DNA of 55,501 nucleotides from Octopus bimaculoides (lineage: Eukaryota): NCBI RefSeq assembly GCF_001194135.2, contig NC_068984.1, positions 70,875,013 to 70,930,513 on the forward strand. Reading direction: 5' to 3'. This document shows positions 38,105 to 52,699 of this stretch, in pieces. Both the position numbers and the translations under genes were made by a program. The notes under the pieces are model-generated. The model was not told where the DNA came from, did no database searches, and saw only the letters and a program-made list of their open reading frames with translations. The first letter of the stretch is position 1, and the number at the start of each line of letters is the position of its first letter.

Positions 38105-40328
38105 GGATGTAGAAATACTTAGGTTGGTATCGATGATGATGAGGAGGAGGAGGACGAGGAAGAAGGAAAGAGGAAAGAGAAGTAGAGGAAGATATATATA
38201 ATTTACAAAGGAACTGATTCTATAAAGAGCCTCTAGAAATAGCAGCTATAGCTGCTTAAATTCATACTTAAATATACTGAGAAATAATGAAATTGATTTT
38301 GTAGTGTTTGGATACCTGATGCATTATAAAAGAAAGACATCTGGACCATCTTGGTTGATATGTTTGTCTAATCAGTATTGACCTCAGGCTAAACAACAAA
38401 TATTACATCAAATATGAATATTTTTGTTGAAACCATTTTTATATGATTAAAATTTCAAAAGAAATACATACTACTGAATTATATCTCACATTTTACTTTA
38501 TACATACATGATCTGCAACCTAAAATAAAGTGAAAATTGAATTTAAAAATTGTAATTTAAAAACATTTAAATAGAATATTTTGTGTTGTATAAAAGAGCT
38601 AATTTTATGTTGGTAACTGTTTAATTTAATTTGAGGTTGCATAGAAGAGAATTGCAAACATTTTTAGTCACAATCTATTTTGATTTTGTGTAAGCTTTCC
38701 ATTTTTAACTATCGTATATATATCATGGTATTCTTGATTTTTAATCAACTTCAAAAAAAAAAAAATATCAACAACTTTTTCAAATTCAGTTTCAACAAAA
38801 CTTAAGTGTGAATAATTTTATTTAGATTACAAAGGAAAATACATATTAAAAGGTGTGTGTTTTGTTTAAAAAAAATTAATGTAAAATTTTTAAATATAAG
38901 AAAAATCAAAGAATATGCATATATACTGGTGACTGATCTCTATTTTGGTTCTTTCTGGACTGCAGTATATTGATTACATGAAGTCAATATTATTAGAATT
39001 GTGTAAATAGAATCAAAAACAAAATAACTAAATCTGGAATAAAATGAGAGAGCTTTGAAATAAACTTAATATTATTGATCTACAGTAAGTCAATATCACA
39101 TGTTGGGAGAAAATAATACAAACACGAAGATATAATTTTACATGAGAATCAATCAACCTTACACATGTAAACTGAATTATGGTTATTCAAAAATCTGTGA
39201 AGTGTTATTATATCATAGATTACTTATGTGATAATTTTTGTGAAAGATAAATCTCAGAAACATTGAACAATATTTGAGTTTTTGATGTTTAGCCCTAGGA
39301 CATCCCTCACCTAGTAGATGTATAATCAAAATGTATTCTAGCCATGATCATTTCGTTTTCTCCAAAGAACAGAGAACTTTGGAACACATTATCCAATGTA
39401 CACATTCTTTAAGATCATAAGGTGCGATTTCAAGATTTGGTCATTGTTATCTCTAGTGGATTGAATGGTAATATAGAGGTACCCTATATTACTGAAGTGG
39501 ACCATAATGCAATATAATGATGGTATTTATGTTTTGATAGTGGTGTTTATATTTGATGATTTGGGATATTGACTTAAGGCCAGACATTAGTTATGTGAGG
39601 GATGCAATCAATTAGATTAACCTCATTTTTGTACATATTTAATGAAACATGAAAAAAAAAAAATTAACACCACCCCTAGTGGAGGACTTGATCTCTGAAT
39701 GTAAAATGGTAAAACTATATTCCATCAAATACCATTTTTTAATATAATTGCACAGATTAATGATCCCAGCATTTTTTTTATGTTAGTATATCAAGTTTTA
39801 TTTTCTAAAAAATAATCCTGTTATTAAAGAATTACATCCCATTTATTTCAATTTCTTATCAAATTCTCACGGGATGTTTTTTATACTATGACATTGTTGA
39901 GAGATGTTTTACTTTTCAAAGTTTATTCTATGTTACCTAAAAAAACACAATATATTGCAGTTGATGTGCATATCAAACATTAGTCTCAGGTATGAAAAGA
40001 TATATGGCTGATGTTTAGTGCTAGTCAAAAGTTTAATTCCAAGCTGGAATAAATCTCTATACATTCGCTATGCTATATAGAGTTCTGTATATGTATATAA
40101 TCTTACTCACAACAATGTGATAAACTATGCTAGATAAGAAGAGACTCTCATGGTTAGAATGCCTTTAATCAAAGGTTTTTCTCAATCAGAGCTGACCTAG
40201 GTTTAAATGATAACCATAATTTGGTATAAGCTTTCTAGATCAAAGTTGGTGCATTATAGGAGGTGTGCAAATTGGTATTGCTAGCAAATAATACCTCTGC
40301 TATACAATTTTAAAATGTTTACCCCACG

Positions 40329-42180
40329 ATTTGTTATTAACTGTTATTAAATAAGGAATGAATTAAATATAGTTCAACAGTTGAATTTAATTTATTTTTC
40401 TGTAAAGCAAGGTACTTGCTGTACTTGATATTGGAAATACAGACCAAAATAAGTTTTTTCAGATTCCACTGTTACTATGTTGTACAGTTTTTTTCCACAG
40501 ATTCAATCTACACCTGGTTCCAATTTATTGTTAATTGTTATTGATGAGTTTACAGGTAAATGCCATAGCCATAGATATAAAAACATCACCGGATGTCTTC
40601 TGATTGGCAAATAAGGTGACATATGTCCATAAGATATTTGCTTATTTGCTTAAAGTACCTAGTTGTGAGATCTAACTGGGATCTACATGGTTGTGAAGCA
40701 AATTTCTTTACCAAATTACTGTGCCAGCATGTGAAAATGTAAGATAACATTTTTTTACATCAAACATGTTCGTCATCCTTAAATAAAAAAAATGATCTGT
40801 AATAATTTGCTTGCATTTTGAGTGTATAGGCACCATAGGATTTGTTCATGTTTTCCAATTCAGTCTTGTCTTCTTATTTTTATAGACTAAAGAACTGATT
40901 TGGTATCAATAAATCAAGTTATAAAATGCCTTGCATATTTGTTCCAGTCGTTTTTACTCTGTGTTCCAGGGGTAAGATTTGCCTTTCATCCTTCTGGCAT
41001 TAATTAAGTAAAATACCAGTTCTGGTCTGTGAAGTAACAGAATTGTTAAAGCATTGAACGAAATACCTTGGAGTATTTGATCTAGCACTTTAAATTTTGA
41101 ATTTTTGATTAGCAGAAGTTTTCTATTGCCCTGTGTTTCACCACCACCTAATACTTGGGTACTTTTGGTGGAATTCATTCTGCTGCAAGCATTTGAGCCA
41201 GATTTCTGGTTTCAGGATAACATTTGCTCTTCCTTCCTCCAATCTTGGAACACCTGTCAGCAATAAAGGGATTGTTACTGCTCTTCCCTTCCTGCGTAAG
41301 CAAAAAGAAATTTGTTAACTAATAGAGGTTACAAGTACCTGTCCATAGACAATTGTTCAAATCCACTGCAAATATTTCATTTATGTTTTGAATACTGTAT
41401 TTAATTATGTTTGCCGTACTTCATCTAACAGTCAAGAATAAATAACAGTTTCATGAATATGTCACAGAATATAATATCTCTCTACTCATGAGATAAGGAT
41501 AACCGACCACATAGGATAATGGACTGCCAGGTAAGAGATTAGCAGACACGTTCAGATTTATTTAGCACAGCATTGTCTCTTTGGTCAAGACATTTAACTC
41601 TTAATTACTCAATTTACTTTTCTAAGAATAGGTAGCATTGGTAATTACATTGAATTGCCTAATAAATATTAAGTTGTCTGTTAGCTTGTAGTGCTGGGTT
41701 CATGTTTAACTCATCTCATATATGGACCAGCTTCCACCATGATTCAGGATTGGATGGTCACCAATTCCCTATCTAAAGGAAGATCTGTATCTTACCTGAT
41801 TAATACCATGGAACCAAAGCAATGAATCAGTTTTTAAGAGTGTATTGCAATTACTTTATTTACAATGAAATTTTATTTAACCTTTTAAGCAACATCCCAA
41901 ATGTATACATTTGAAAATAAACTTAACCAGAACGCATTTGATTGCTCTATTTTACTTTAATGAGCAGGAAAAAATTTATTTCTTTTTAATATATGTTGCA
42001 GTGATTTTAATTAAAATTCAACTGTATATTTATATCTAATCTAGCTTTTACATACTTGGTTGTTAAAAAGAGAAAATCATAATTCAAAAATATGCATATG
42101 TGGTTTGAAGCTCACCATTTGTTATTAACTGCTATTAAATAAGGAATGAATTAAATACAGTTCAACAGTTGAATTTAATT
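40329..42180 (+). repeat. 64-bp direct repeat (40329-40392 / 42117-42180)
   Basis: ATTTGTTATTAACTG...TTGAATTTAATT with two mismatches. Confidence 0.88.
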
Positions 42181-42731
42181 ATCAGTACTAGAAAGTAAAT
42201 TGAAGAGAAGAAAAAATATTCTTCCCATCATTAAAATAAAATGGATGAACTAATCAGTGGTATTACAAGGAATCCCAGTTCTCTTCCATTATGAGTTCCT
42301 TAAAGGGATATGGTGGCCTGCTTTTATACTTTCATACGAACGTGATGTCCAGAGAAATGTGGCGATCAAAGTGTATATGGGCAGGTGCAAGTACACACAC
42401 ACACACACATACATACATGTAGAACTAAGGCAAAAATGGCTTCACAGAAGAATTTTTCAGTAAGCATAATTCATAAATTAATCAAAACACTTTTGCTTCC
42501 ATTTTAATATTACATAATTATATATAAATTTGAATGAGAAAAATATTTCCTATCTAACAACAACCTAATTTTAAATTTGATGTATTATTAATGAATCTTA
42601 TTTGTAAATGTTGCTGTAAATCACATATGACACATACTGCTCAATGCTTCTTTGCTTGAACTCTGGCCCCCTTGGAACTGTTTTCTCATCTATATTTTCC
42701 CTTATATTTCTTTTCTTTCTATTTCAGTACT

Positions 42732-42950
42732 AGAGTGGGGAGCAGACAGAATTGTTATCATACCAAACAAAATGCTTAGCAGTATTTCATCCATCTCTAT
42801 GTTCTGAGTTCAAATCCTTTTGCAGTCGACTTTGCCTTTCATCTTTTAGGGGCTGATGAAATAAGTACCAGTTAAGCACTGGGGATCAATCTAATTGTCC
42901 AGTTGCCTCTCCCAAAATTTCAGGCTTAGTGCCTATAATGGAAAGAATTT
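42732..42950 (+). mobile_element. SINE (TTCAAATTCC family)
   Basis: GAGTTCAAATCC..GTCGACTTTGCCTTTCATC..AAATAAGTACCAGTTAAGCACTGGGG. Confidence 0.8.
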
Positions 42951-43691
42951 CTGATCTTCATTACTTCACACAACATAAAACAAGTAGCTATTGCTACATG
43001 TACTTATTTCTACCCAATTGTCTAAGTAGATGAATTATTACCATGGGCTCTGATCACACTTTGTAAAATTGAATGTAAAAAAAAAAATTCCTTATTTTTA
43101 TCTTTCCATTTCGGTGGATTTGCTGTATAAAGAAGTTTGATCCTAACATTTTTATAATTAAGAAAGACAGATCTCTCATTTTTAGAAATCAATTTAGTTA
43201 TAAAATTTTTTTCTCTAGTGTAAGACACATGAATGTCACTTTTGATTTCAACTACCTAAATTAGAATTAAAAAAAAAAAATTTGCTAAATATTTAAAACG
43301 ACAGGAATTAAAGCTGTTAAAGTTAATGCTATGCTTATACGTGATTACTTTCAAGTAGGAAGATGTTTTCAATTACATATTATTACTTACTTCCCCAAAC
43401 TGCACTTTAATGAGGTGAATGATAAAGAACATAAGGAAATGAGTTTCCTGAAAATTTGTTAATTTAAAAATATCCTACATTAAAGTGTAATTTTCAATAT
43501 TTTATTTGGAAACTTTCTCTTCATACTTAAACTGATTCTGGAAGACTTTGGGTTATGAATATCAAAATTTTACATACAATGATTAAATGATTTCCATATT
43601 CGAAGTTTATTTGCTAAACTGTTGTATATCACATTGCAAAATATCACCCATATTTATCATAAGTTCTTTATATTTAATCCTTTTTATTACA

Positions 43692-43870
43692 GGCACAAAA
43701 CCTGAAATTTTGGGGTAGATGGAGCTTATCGATTACATTGACCCAGTGCTCAACTGGTACTTATTTCATCGACCTTGGTGGAATTTGCACTCAGAACATA
43801 AAGACAGACGAAATGCTGCAAAGGACTTTGTTTAGCATACTAATGATTCTGCCTGCTCGCCACCTTATTT
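43692..43870 (-). mobile_element. SINE (TTCAAATTCC family)
   Basis: Revcomp of the same family (CCCAGTGCTCAACTGGTACTTATTT..GGAATTTGCACTCAGAAC). Confidence 0.8.
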
Positions 43871-44408
43871 CAGCATGTTTAGTGATATAACCTTAATGCC
43901 ATCATAAAGACAAAAATAAATAAATGCAAAGGAAATCCTATTGCAGTAACGCAATATGAAATAGATATAGTTTAGAGCTTAACCAGTGAAGGACCTCATC
44001 TAAGATCTCAGTTCATATCTCACATAATAAGAAAGTTTTCACAGCGTTCAATACACACACACTTCTCCACGTCTGGCTGTACAGCCTTTTTGTTTGTTTA
44101 TTTCAACGTTTCATTTTCCTGTCTTGTTTTCCGTCCGCCACTATCCTCCACGAAAAAAAAATTTAATTTGTGTTCGTGGGAAGAGCCATTTTGACGATGC
44201 GTCCTGCCATAACTCTTTGAAACACCGGTGTTTTAATGGTGGCAGCTGATGAAGGATATGTTCTCTAAGTGGCCTGCTTTTTTGTTGTACCTTGTTTATC
44301 ATTGTGTCCATGTTCTTTTGCAACGTCATGTACCCAGATATGTATCTATATGTACTTGTAGATGAAGGTATGTACATACATGTACATATATATGCATATA
44401 CTTATATA

Positions 44409-44894
44409 NNNNNNNNNNNNNNNNNNNNNNNNNNNNNNNNNNNNNNNNNNNNNNNNNNNNNNNNNNNNNNNNNNNNNNNNNNNNNNNNNNNNNNNNNNNN
44501 NNNNNNNNNNNNNNNNNNNNNNNNNNNNNNNNNNNNNNNNNNNNNNNNNNNNNNNNNNNNNNNNNNNNNNNNNNNNNNNNNNNNNNNNNNNNNNNNNNNN
44601 NNNNNNNNNNNNNNNNNNNNNNNNNNNNNNNNNNNNNNNNNNNNNNNNNNNNNNNNNNNNNNNNNNNNNNNNNNNNNNNNNNNNNNNNNNNNNNNNNNNN
44701 NNNNNNNNNNNNNNNNNNNNNNNNNNNNNNNNNNNNNNNNNNNNNNNNNNNNNNNNNNNNNNNNNNNNNNNNNNNNNNNNNNNNNNNNNNNNNNNNNNNN
44801 NNNNNNNNNNNNNNNNNNNNNNNNNNNNNNNNNNNNNNNNNNNNNNNNNNNNNNNNNNNNNNNNNNNNNNNNNNNNNNNNNNNNNNNNNNNNNN
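44409..44894. other. Assembly gap
   Basis: N run. Confidence 1.
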
Positions 44895-44948
<54 letters not shown>

Positions 44949-45339
44949 CTACCAATAGTAGCATGTAAATATTGGGTTGAAAAATATCTTTTGAAATAAA
45001 AAGTCAAAGTTGATCATGAAACTTGAACCTGCATCTCTTGTAGACATGTTTACAGAAGATACGAGTTTGACTCGTATAGACAGCTTTCGACTTTTCCTAT
45101 CCAAAAGGAATTTTCAGCCTAATATTTACATTCTATCATTTATAGCCTTATATCTTTTTGGCTGGTTTATAAAATAATTAACAAATGAGCACTGGGGTAA
45201 TTATAATTAATTTACCTGCTCCCTTGAAACTGCTGGCCTTGAGCTGATATTTGAAACCATTGTTAATAGTCTTATATGTACTTCAAGACCTAGTTGCAAA
45301 AAAAGAATTATTCTGTTTCTCGAACATTTATAAGTTTTC

Positions 45340-45730
45340 ATATCAATTCTATATCCCTATTCCCATACTTGCAAAATTCAGTTGGATCCTCCCAATACAG
45401 CATCCTACATCTTGGCAAACTAAGATCAGTTTTTACCACTTTCTGTTCCACATACTCAATCCGCACGAAACTCCTGACACTTCATCCCATACCTGTCATT
45501 CTCCATATGAATAACCTCATACCATGCAGCTGTCTTTCATGCACACTAATATTACTCATGCAACACATATTTGCTTCATGCCTTTCCAAACTTCACTAAC
45601 TCTCTGCACTTAAGTTTGCACACAAGTATCATAAAATCATGCTTTCTTACTTGGCAAGAGAATCTTTTCTTTCACAGCTGATTAGGTTTCCTAGGTTACA
45701 GAAGCTATCAACTATATCTATAGAACCTTT
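45340..45730 (-). mobile_element. RTE LINE C-terminal relic
   Basis: Minus: GSIDIVDSFCNLGNLIS and downstream RLHGMR-like segment. Confidence 0.65.
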
Positions 45731-45824
45731 ATATGTATTTCCACATATGTATGTTTGCATGTATATTTGAATGAATGTATGGATGTATATATGTGCGTGT
45801 ATATATATATATATATATATACAT

Positions 45825-45857
<33 letters not shown>

Positions 45858-45864
45858 CATATAT

Positions 45865-45905
45865 NNNNNNNNNNNNNNNNNNNNNNNNNNNNNNNNNNNN
45901 NNNNN
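45865..45905. other. Assembly gap
   Basis: N run. Confidence 1.
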
Positions 45906-46090
45906 TGTATAAAAGATAATTAGAGTGAAAAAACTACAGAAGGCTTGTGTTACATGGTTAAAGTATATATTTAAATTATGTCGGAAAAATGTTATAAAAT
46001 CTTTTTGGTATATAAACATTGTATTTTGAGAAAAAACCGGTTTCGTGTTGTCTTTTCAAATTTCTCTACTTCATTGTAACGTGTTCGCTC

Positions 46091-46128
<38 letters not shown>

Positions 46129-46679
46129 ATGTATGTGTATGTGTGTGCTTGTGTGTGCTTACGCACATGTGTGTCTAAACAAATACAAGCTCTGATATGT
46201 GTCTCTGTATCATTTTGTTACACACAAATATCCTTTCTGCATTTGCTTTACAAGAGATTTTCTGTGAAACTCTCTTGAAATATTTATTGGTAATTGAACC
46301 TCACAGGTTACAAAGAAGCATGAACTTGTTATATAGTAGTACATTTATTCACCTACACAGAAACATACATATTTCTGATGAAAGTCATTGTTATCAATTT
46401 GTTATAGATAACATGCATAACAAGGATGGATATCCCACATACTGACTACCATAGGCTAAGGTATTCATAGGTATGGAAGTTGTAAAGTATGACCATTAAT
46501 TTTAAGATACAGCCTGTAATTGCACTCTTATGGAAACTTCTGATTGCATTGTTTTAAATAGTTAACATTTTAAAACAATACTTTCTGCTTAGCTCAATGA
46601 CCACTTACATTTTAGTTAAGATCAAAGTATATAGTTAACGATTTTGGAACACTTTTATCGCGTTACACTCATGCATGCA

Positions 46680-46706
46680 CATACATACACACATGTAATG
46701 TGAGTG

Positions 46707-46770
<64 letters not shown>

Positions 46771-46935
46771 CATACATACATTCATACATACATGCATGGC
46801 ATTAGGAAGAGCCTTCAACTGTAGAAACCATGCCAAATTAGATTAGAGTCTGGTGGAACTACTCAGCATACCAACCCTGGTCAAACTGTCCAGCCCATAC
46901 CAGCATGGACAACAGACGTTAAATGATGATGATGA
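46680..46935 (+). mobile_element. (TA)n microsatellite followed by an RTE-type 3' tail ending in (GAT)n
   Basis: GGTCAAACTGTCCAGCCCATACCAGCATGGACAACAGACGTTAAATGATGATG. Confidence 0.75.
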
Positions 46936-47478
46936 TATATGTATATATATAAATGAATATGTATGTATGTGTGCTTGTACATACATGTGTGTGCATGTGT
47001 GTTTCTATCATCATCACAACCACAATCAGCAATAATAATATACAGTGTGAAGTAGAGAAGCAAATCCATTTCAAATATAAACATATGATAAGGTACCCTA
47101 GTGTATTTTAAAAATTTTATAAAATTTCTTTGATCTTAGGTCTATGAAGATTGACTTGTGACTAAACAGCCACTACAATACAAAAAGCAAGAACTATTAT
47201 TATATCAACAATACCTGCCCATTATCACTAGCATCTAAATCAATGTATCCTACATCACTCCCCACTGTTAACCCACCAACTTTTGAATCCAGATGGCTAC
47301 AACAGATATCAGCATGCACACCAACATATGTGTGTGTTAATGCTTGTGTAAGGGTGTGTGTATATATTTATGCCCTAAATCAGAAGTGCAAGGGGCAAAT
47401 TGTTTATAAAATCTGGCCAATCTTCTTTTCAATAATGCATAGAGTCACCAAGCAAATGCAGATTACATTTCTAATAAT

Positions 47479-48558
47479 GTGAGAGTAGAATATTTCCCCA
47501 AGAATACAACATCTTTACTTCAGCCTATGGATCAAGGTGTGATAGTAAACTTCAAGCCATATTATATGAGAACTTGTAAACAACTTATGGAAGCAATTGA
47601 CAAGGAAGATAAACTTACAGTTAGAGATTTATGGAAGTCATTCAACATAATGGGTGCTGTGGATAATATAACTGAGTGATGGGATGAAGTGAATCTTTCA
47701 ACTTGGAAAAGTGCTTCAGAAAGTATATGGCAACACTATATCTGTAACTTTACAAGTTTCCTCAAATAGAAACTCTACATCAAATTTAGAAATGTATTGT
47801 GAGACTTGCAAAGGATGTAGAACTTGAAAAAGTCATAGAGGATGATGTGAACGAATTGATAGTATCCTAGAAAGAAAGTTTATCTAGCCAGGAACTGGTG
47901 TTGGAAAAAGAACAAGCTGAGAATATAGATAAGAGAATGGAAGTTCCACCTACACCACTTAAATTATCAATAAAAATTATTACTAAAGGGATGGCACTTA
48001 TAGAGCAAGGCCTGCAGGTTTTTGCTGATAATGATTCTTATCGTGAATGTAACATAAAAATTACAAGAGTTTAGTTCCTATACAGAGCTCTAGAAAGTGA
48101 TGATGTGTCACAAACAACTTTGGATACATTGTTCACCCCTCAAGCTGATGTGTTGGATAATGAGCTATAAGATAGTATATATTGCCCTTCAGCTTCCCAG
48201 TAAAACTCAACCACCATCACCACCCCTCACACTGTAGTCAAAATCTTTTGTGGTAAGAATATATTCATATGACATTATGATTCTTATTAGTTCCATAATG
48301 TTACTGTAAATTAAAACAAAACGATCATCAGTATTGACCCAATGGGTTACGAAATATATTTCATTCACCATTCAGACGGTCTGTGGTGTAATCGGTAACA
48401 ATAATTAAAAAACTGTAATCGATTTAAGGTAATAATCAATTAGAAGTCATGTTTTTTATTCCATCATGAAACTTCCACATGGCTACAGCCATGTCACTAA
48501 TATCATAAATCGTAATATCGTACGAGTATATCCTTACAATAAAAGATATTGACTACTG
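47479..48558 (+). mobile_element. pogo/Tigger transposon 3' relic
   Basis: FPKNTTSLLQPMDQGVIVNFK motif typical of Tigger DDE domains; right end ..GACTACTG (revcomp CAGTAGTC) is tentative. Confidence 0.82.
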
Positions 48559-50640
48559 TGTGAAGAGTGGTGATGGAATGGGTGTTACAAGGAGGAAGAT
48601 GGACAATATTTGCTAAGTTATCGTTAATTATTGCCAACATCAGCTAAATTTTTTCATTAGTGTTACTTTTAACTTGCCCTACATCAGTGAAGAATAAGAA
48701 CAGCTCTAATGAGCCAACGGTGCTTCTTACATTGATGCTGAGCAAAGGAATCCTAGAAGATCACTAAGTTCTATCAAAAGGCTAACTGTAATGCATGCAT
48801 AGGGATGATGTCCATGGTTGTGTAATCAGCTAATGAAAGAGTCACAACGACTCAAGTACCCAATTCCTAACAATGGGATTGGATGGTGACAGAGAGTTGT
48901 TAGTCTGAGAAAGCAGCATAGATTGATACTTTGCTATGTTTATGAGGTGTGTGCATCTCAGTGATCCAGGTAGGTATGTTATAGAACCATGACAACTAGA
49001 CAAGTGAAAGGATATAAAGAGCAACCACTTGTCCTCTCAACCTCATAAAGAAAGATTTGTTGTGAAAACAGCAATGAAAGAACAATACAACTGAGCAGGA
49101 TGCGTTTCCAGAGTTAGCTAGCTCAATAAAGAGTTGGCATACTTTTGCTGCTGCTTTGCACAATAATGGTCCTCCAAGAAATGTGAGTGAGAGAATGATT
49201 TTTAACTGGACATATAATATCAAATATATTCTAAGCTCTTTATTTTAGTTTCATAACATTAACCAGATCTGTTGGATTTCATGCCAGGTTAATGCATCTA
49301 ACACTACCAGAAAATCTGGAAAAATTTATTCAACAGGCAGCTTAATGGCAGTATGTACAGAATTAGGTGTATAATCAAGAAACATAGCAAAATGCCTGTA
49401 GAAAATATTTGAACTGACAAATGAAAAGTTGACACTACAATGTTGCAACAACTTGGCTTTTTTACCTCCACCAAAAGAATGTACATCTAATAATATATTT
49501 TGTCTAAAGAAATTTCATAAAGTCACTGACGATCTATGTTTTTTTTTTACGGTAAAAAGTGAAAAAAATCTATGATTATTGAGTATATATGTTTCTTATA
49601 TACTTCATCCGTCTATAACTTCCGATTTTTTTTCTTAAAATGTTTTTGTTTGTATTGAGACAGATTGCTTGAGGCAATCTCTTTGCATATGATGTTTTTA
49701 GAATTTGGTAGTCTATAATCAATTATATTCATTGCTTTAGGGTTTAAAAACTCATTGCAATAAGTGTACTACTGCATATAGAAGTGTAAACATGGCATGC
49801 TATTAGATTGTATAGTTAAAGAGGAGAATAAAAATACAAATATAGTCAAGTAGCGGTGTTATGTGTTAAGAAAAAATTCTTAATTAATTGAAATTTTCCC
49901 AAAAGTTGGAGAAAGAAGACAAGAGCCTTGTGGCAATTATTAGCAATACCCAAAGAAAATGGGAAGATAATTTCATAATAGGAATCAGAATTAATCTCTG
50001 AAAATTATGTGCATAGATGAAGAAAAGTGTCATCTTTGTTCTCAGGCTAGGGACAACCATGGACATGTATTGGTATTAAATGTTAAATGTGTTTTCTATT
50101 TACTGCTTCGATAGTTCTATATCTTTTTCATTTTAATGCACTCAGTGTACAGCAATATGTTACTTTGAATCATGAAAAATACGTTTAGTTCCAAATTCTC
50201 AAAGAAATTTCAAAATGTAGCAATTAAAGTTAAGAAGTCAGATGTTAGATATAATAATTACTTCCAGGTGTTTTTAGTTAGAATAACATGTTTTCGTAAT
50301 AGTCTTTTCTTATTCTGCAATGCTATTAGAATGATTGTCGATGTCACTATTCTTTCATTTCATTTAGCCCTTCTCTCTTTCTCCTTTATAAATGCACACA
50401 ATACAAAAAATAATTGTGAAAGCTTCATGAATCTTCCATAAATTATATCATGTGTAATGAAGGTGATATTGTCACCACAGCTGTTTAGACTTTGAAATAT
50501 AATGTGATAAGATATATTATTAAATTTATTACAAATAAAAAAGTGCTTCTTCCCCCCTGTATTACAATCTCTAATATTTTGTCCACTTTATGTGTATTAA
50601 AAAAAAGCATTAGCTTTTCATATTGTATATGTATGTGTGC

Positions 50641-50673
<33 letters not shown>

Positions 50674-51437
50674 NNNNNNNNNNNNNNNNNNNNNNNNNNN
50701 NNNNNNNNNNNNNNNNNNNNNNNNNNNNNNNNNNNNNNNNNNNNNNNNNNNNNNNNNNNNNNNNNNNNNNNNNNNNNNNNNNNNNNNNNNNNNNNNNNNN
50801 NNNNNNNNNNNNNNNNNNNNNNNNNNNNNNNNNNNNNNNNNNNNNNNNNNNNNNNNNNNNNNNNNNNNNNNNNNNNNNNNNNNNNNNNNNNNNNNNNNNN
50901 NNNNNNNNNNNNNNNNNNNNNNNNNNNNNNNNNNNNNNNNNNNNNNNNNNNNNNNNNNNNNNNNNNNNNNNNNNNNNNNNNNNNNNNNNNNNNNNNNNNN
51001 NNNNNNNNNNNNNNNNNNNNNNNNNNNNNNNNNNNNNNNNNNNNNNNNNNNNNNNNNNNNNNNNNNNNNNNNNNNNNNNNNNNNNNNNNNNNNNNNNNNN
51101 NNNNNNNNNNNNNNNNNNNNNNNNNNNNNNNNNNNNNNNNNNNNNNNNNNNNNNNNNNNNNNNNNNNNNNNNNNNNNNNNNNNNNNNNNNNNNNNNNNNN
51201 NNNNNNNNNNNNNNNNNNNNNNNNNNNNNNNNNNNNNNNNNNNNNNNNNNNNNNNNNNNNNNNNNNNNNNNNNNNNNNNNNNNNNNNNNNNNNNNNNNNN
51301 NNNNNNNNNNNNNNNNNNNNNNNNNNNNNNNNNNNNNNNNNNNNNNNNNNNNNNNNNNNNNNNNNNNNNNNNNNNNNNNNNNNNNNNNNNNNNNNNNNNN
51401 NNNNNNNNNNNNNNNNNNNNNNNNNNNNNNNNNNNNN
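50674..51437. other. Assembly gap flanked by TA/TG microsatellites
   Basis: N run. Confidence 1.
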
Positions 51438-51445
51438 TGTGTGTA

Positions 51446-51518
<73 letters not shown>

Positions 51519-51532
51519 GCATATATCTAGTG

Positions 51533-51680
51533 AAGGTGTATGGCTCAGTGGTTAGAGCGTTGAGCTTATGATCATGAGGTTGTGAGTTCGAATCCCATAC
51601 CGGGCTGCATGTTGTATTCTTGAGCAAGACACTTTATTTCACATTGCTCCAGTTCACTCAGCTGTAGAAATGAGTAACAT
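51533..51680 (+). mobile_element. Third tRNA-derived SINE family
   Basis: A box TGGCTCAGTGG, B box GTTCGAATCCC, then CTTGAGCAAGACACTT body; tRNA stems degenerate. Confidence 0.8.
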
Positions 51681-51739
51681 CACAGGTGCCAAAACGAAGA
51701 CAGGTGTGTAAACAACAAACACTCGGGAAGTGAGAAAGT

Positions 51740-51774
51740 CTTTTGTTTTTCGAGCCTAGTTCTTCGACAGAAAG
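51740..51774 (-). ncRNA. Decayed HHR-like motif within a probable Penelope-type repeat (~51690-52290)
   Basis: Minus: CTTT-CTGTCGA-a GAAC tag GCTC-GAAA-AACA-AAAG; core has A6>U and U16.1 is missing. Confidence 0.45.
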
Positions 51775-52511
51775 GATCACAGAAATAAACAGGGAGAGAA
51801 AATAGAAAATAATTGTTAGTGGCTAGCGATCTATCATGGCGAATGCTGGACAGATGGTTCACACAGGAGACCTAGGAAGAAGGGGAGATGATAAAGTAGT
51901 GGTGATCCCAAACACGATGCTGTGCATACATATGTATTTGAGAGTGTGTTTGTACATTTGGAAGGGGGCTGGTGACAATGACATGTGCATGTGTGCATGT
52001 GTAAGTATGTGGATGATGGTGTGGGTGCTGGGAAGTGGTCAGTGCTAGTGTGTGTGGTGTGGCGTAGTATGGTGCTGTGTGGTGTGCTGGTGTGTTTTAT
52101 GGTGGTATTGGGGTCATGGGGAGGGGAGATTGGGGGAAGCAAGGGTGGGGTGTAAGTGATGGGATAGGGTTGGGATGGGATTATAGAGATGGTGGGGTTG
52201 GAATATGTAGGGGTAGGGTGACGAGGGAGGGGTGATGATGAAGGGAGAGGGTGGAAAAGGTGGGTAGGAATGAAGAGAGGATGTAGGTGCCATACATATA
52301 TACATATACATATATATATCCTATATATCTCTCTCTCCACCCCTACACACTCAATAAAACTATATAAAGAGACCCTCCGCAAAGTTTTCTCAAAACAATT
52401 TGAAAATCCTACACGACTAGGTGAAAAGCGCTTTATTTAATATGTGACATTAATAAAAATCTGGAAACGTACAAACATCCAGATTTCTGAGTACCTTAAT
52501 TTTTTTCTATA

Positions 52512-52552
<41 letters not shown>

Positions 52553-52699
52553 TGTTGATCCACAGGAAGGAAATAATAAATGACTCAAATGACAGAAGAT
52601 ATTGACTGTGTTCAAGCAGAATTTCTACCATTGTAATATTGAAGTCCTAAAAGCATATTATTTATGTCAATGGTTGCCACAGCCACACTGTTTCAGTTG

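Noticed and set aside
44060-44330. CTGATGA plus GAAACACCGGTGT as a type II HHR
   Set aside because: Stem I cannot form; probably an interspersed repeat of unknown class.
51533-51605. tRNA gene
   Set aside because: Stems are mismatched and the sequence continues into a SINE body; the same applies to the other tRNA-like heads.
52430-52490. GAAACGTACAAACA possible HHR remnant
   Set aside because: Core CUGANGA absent.
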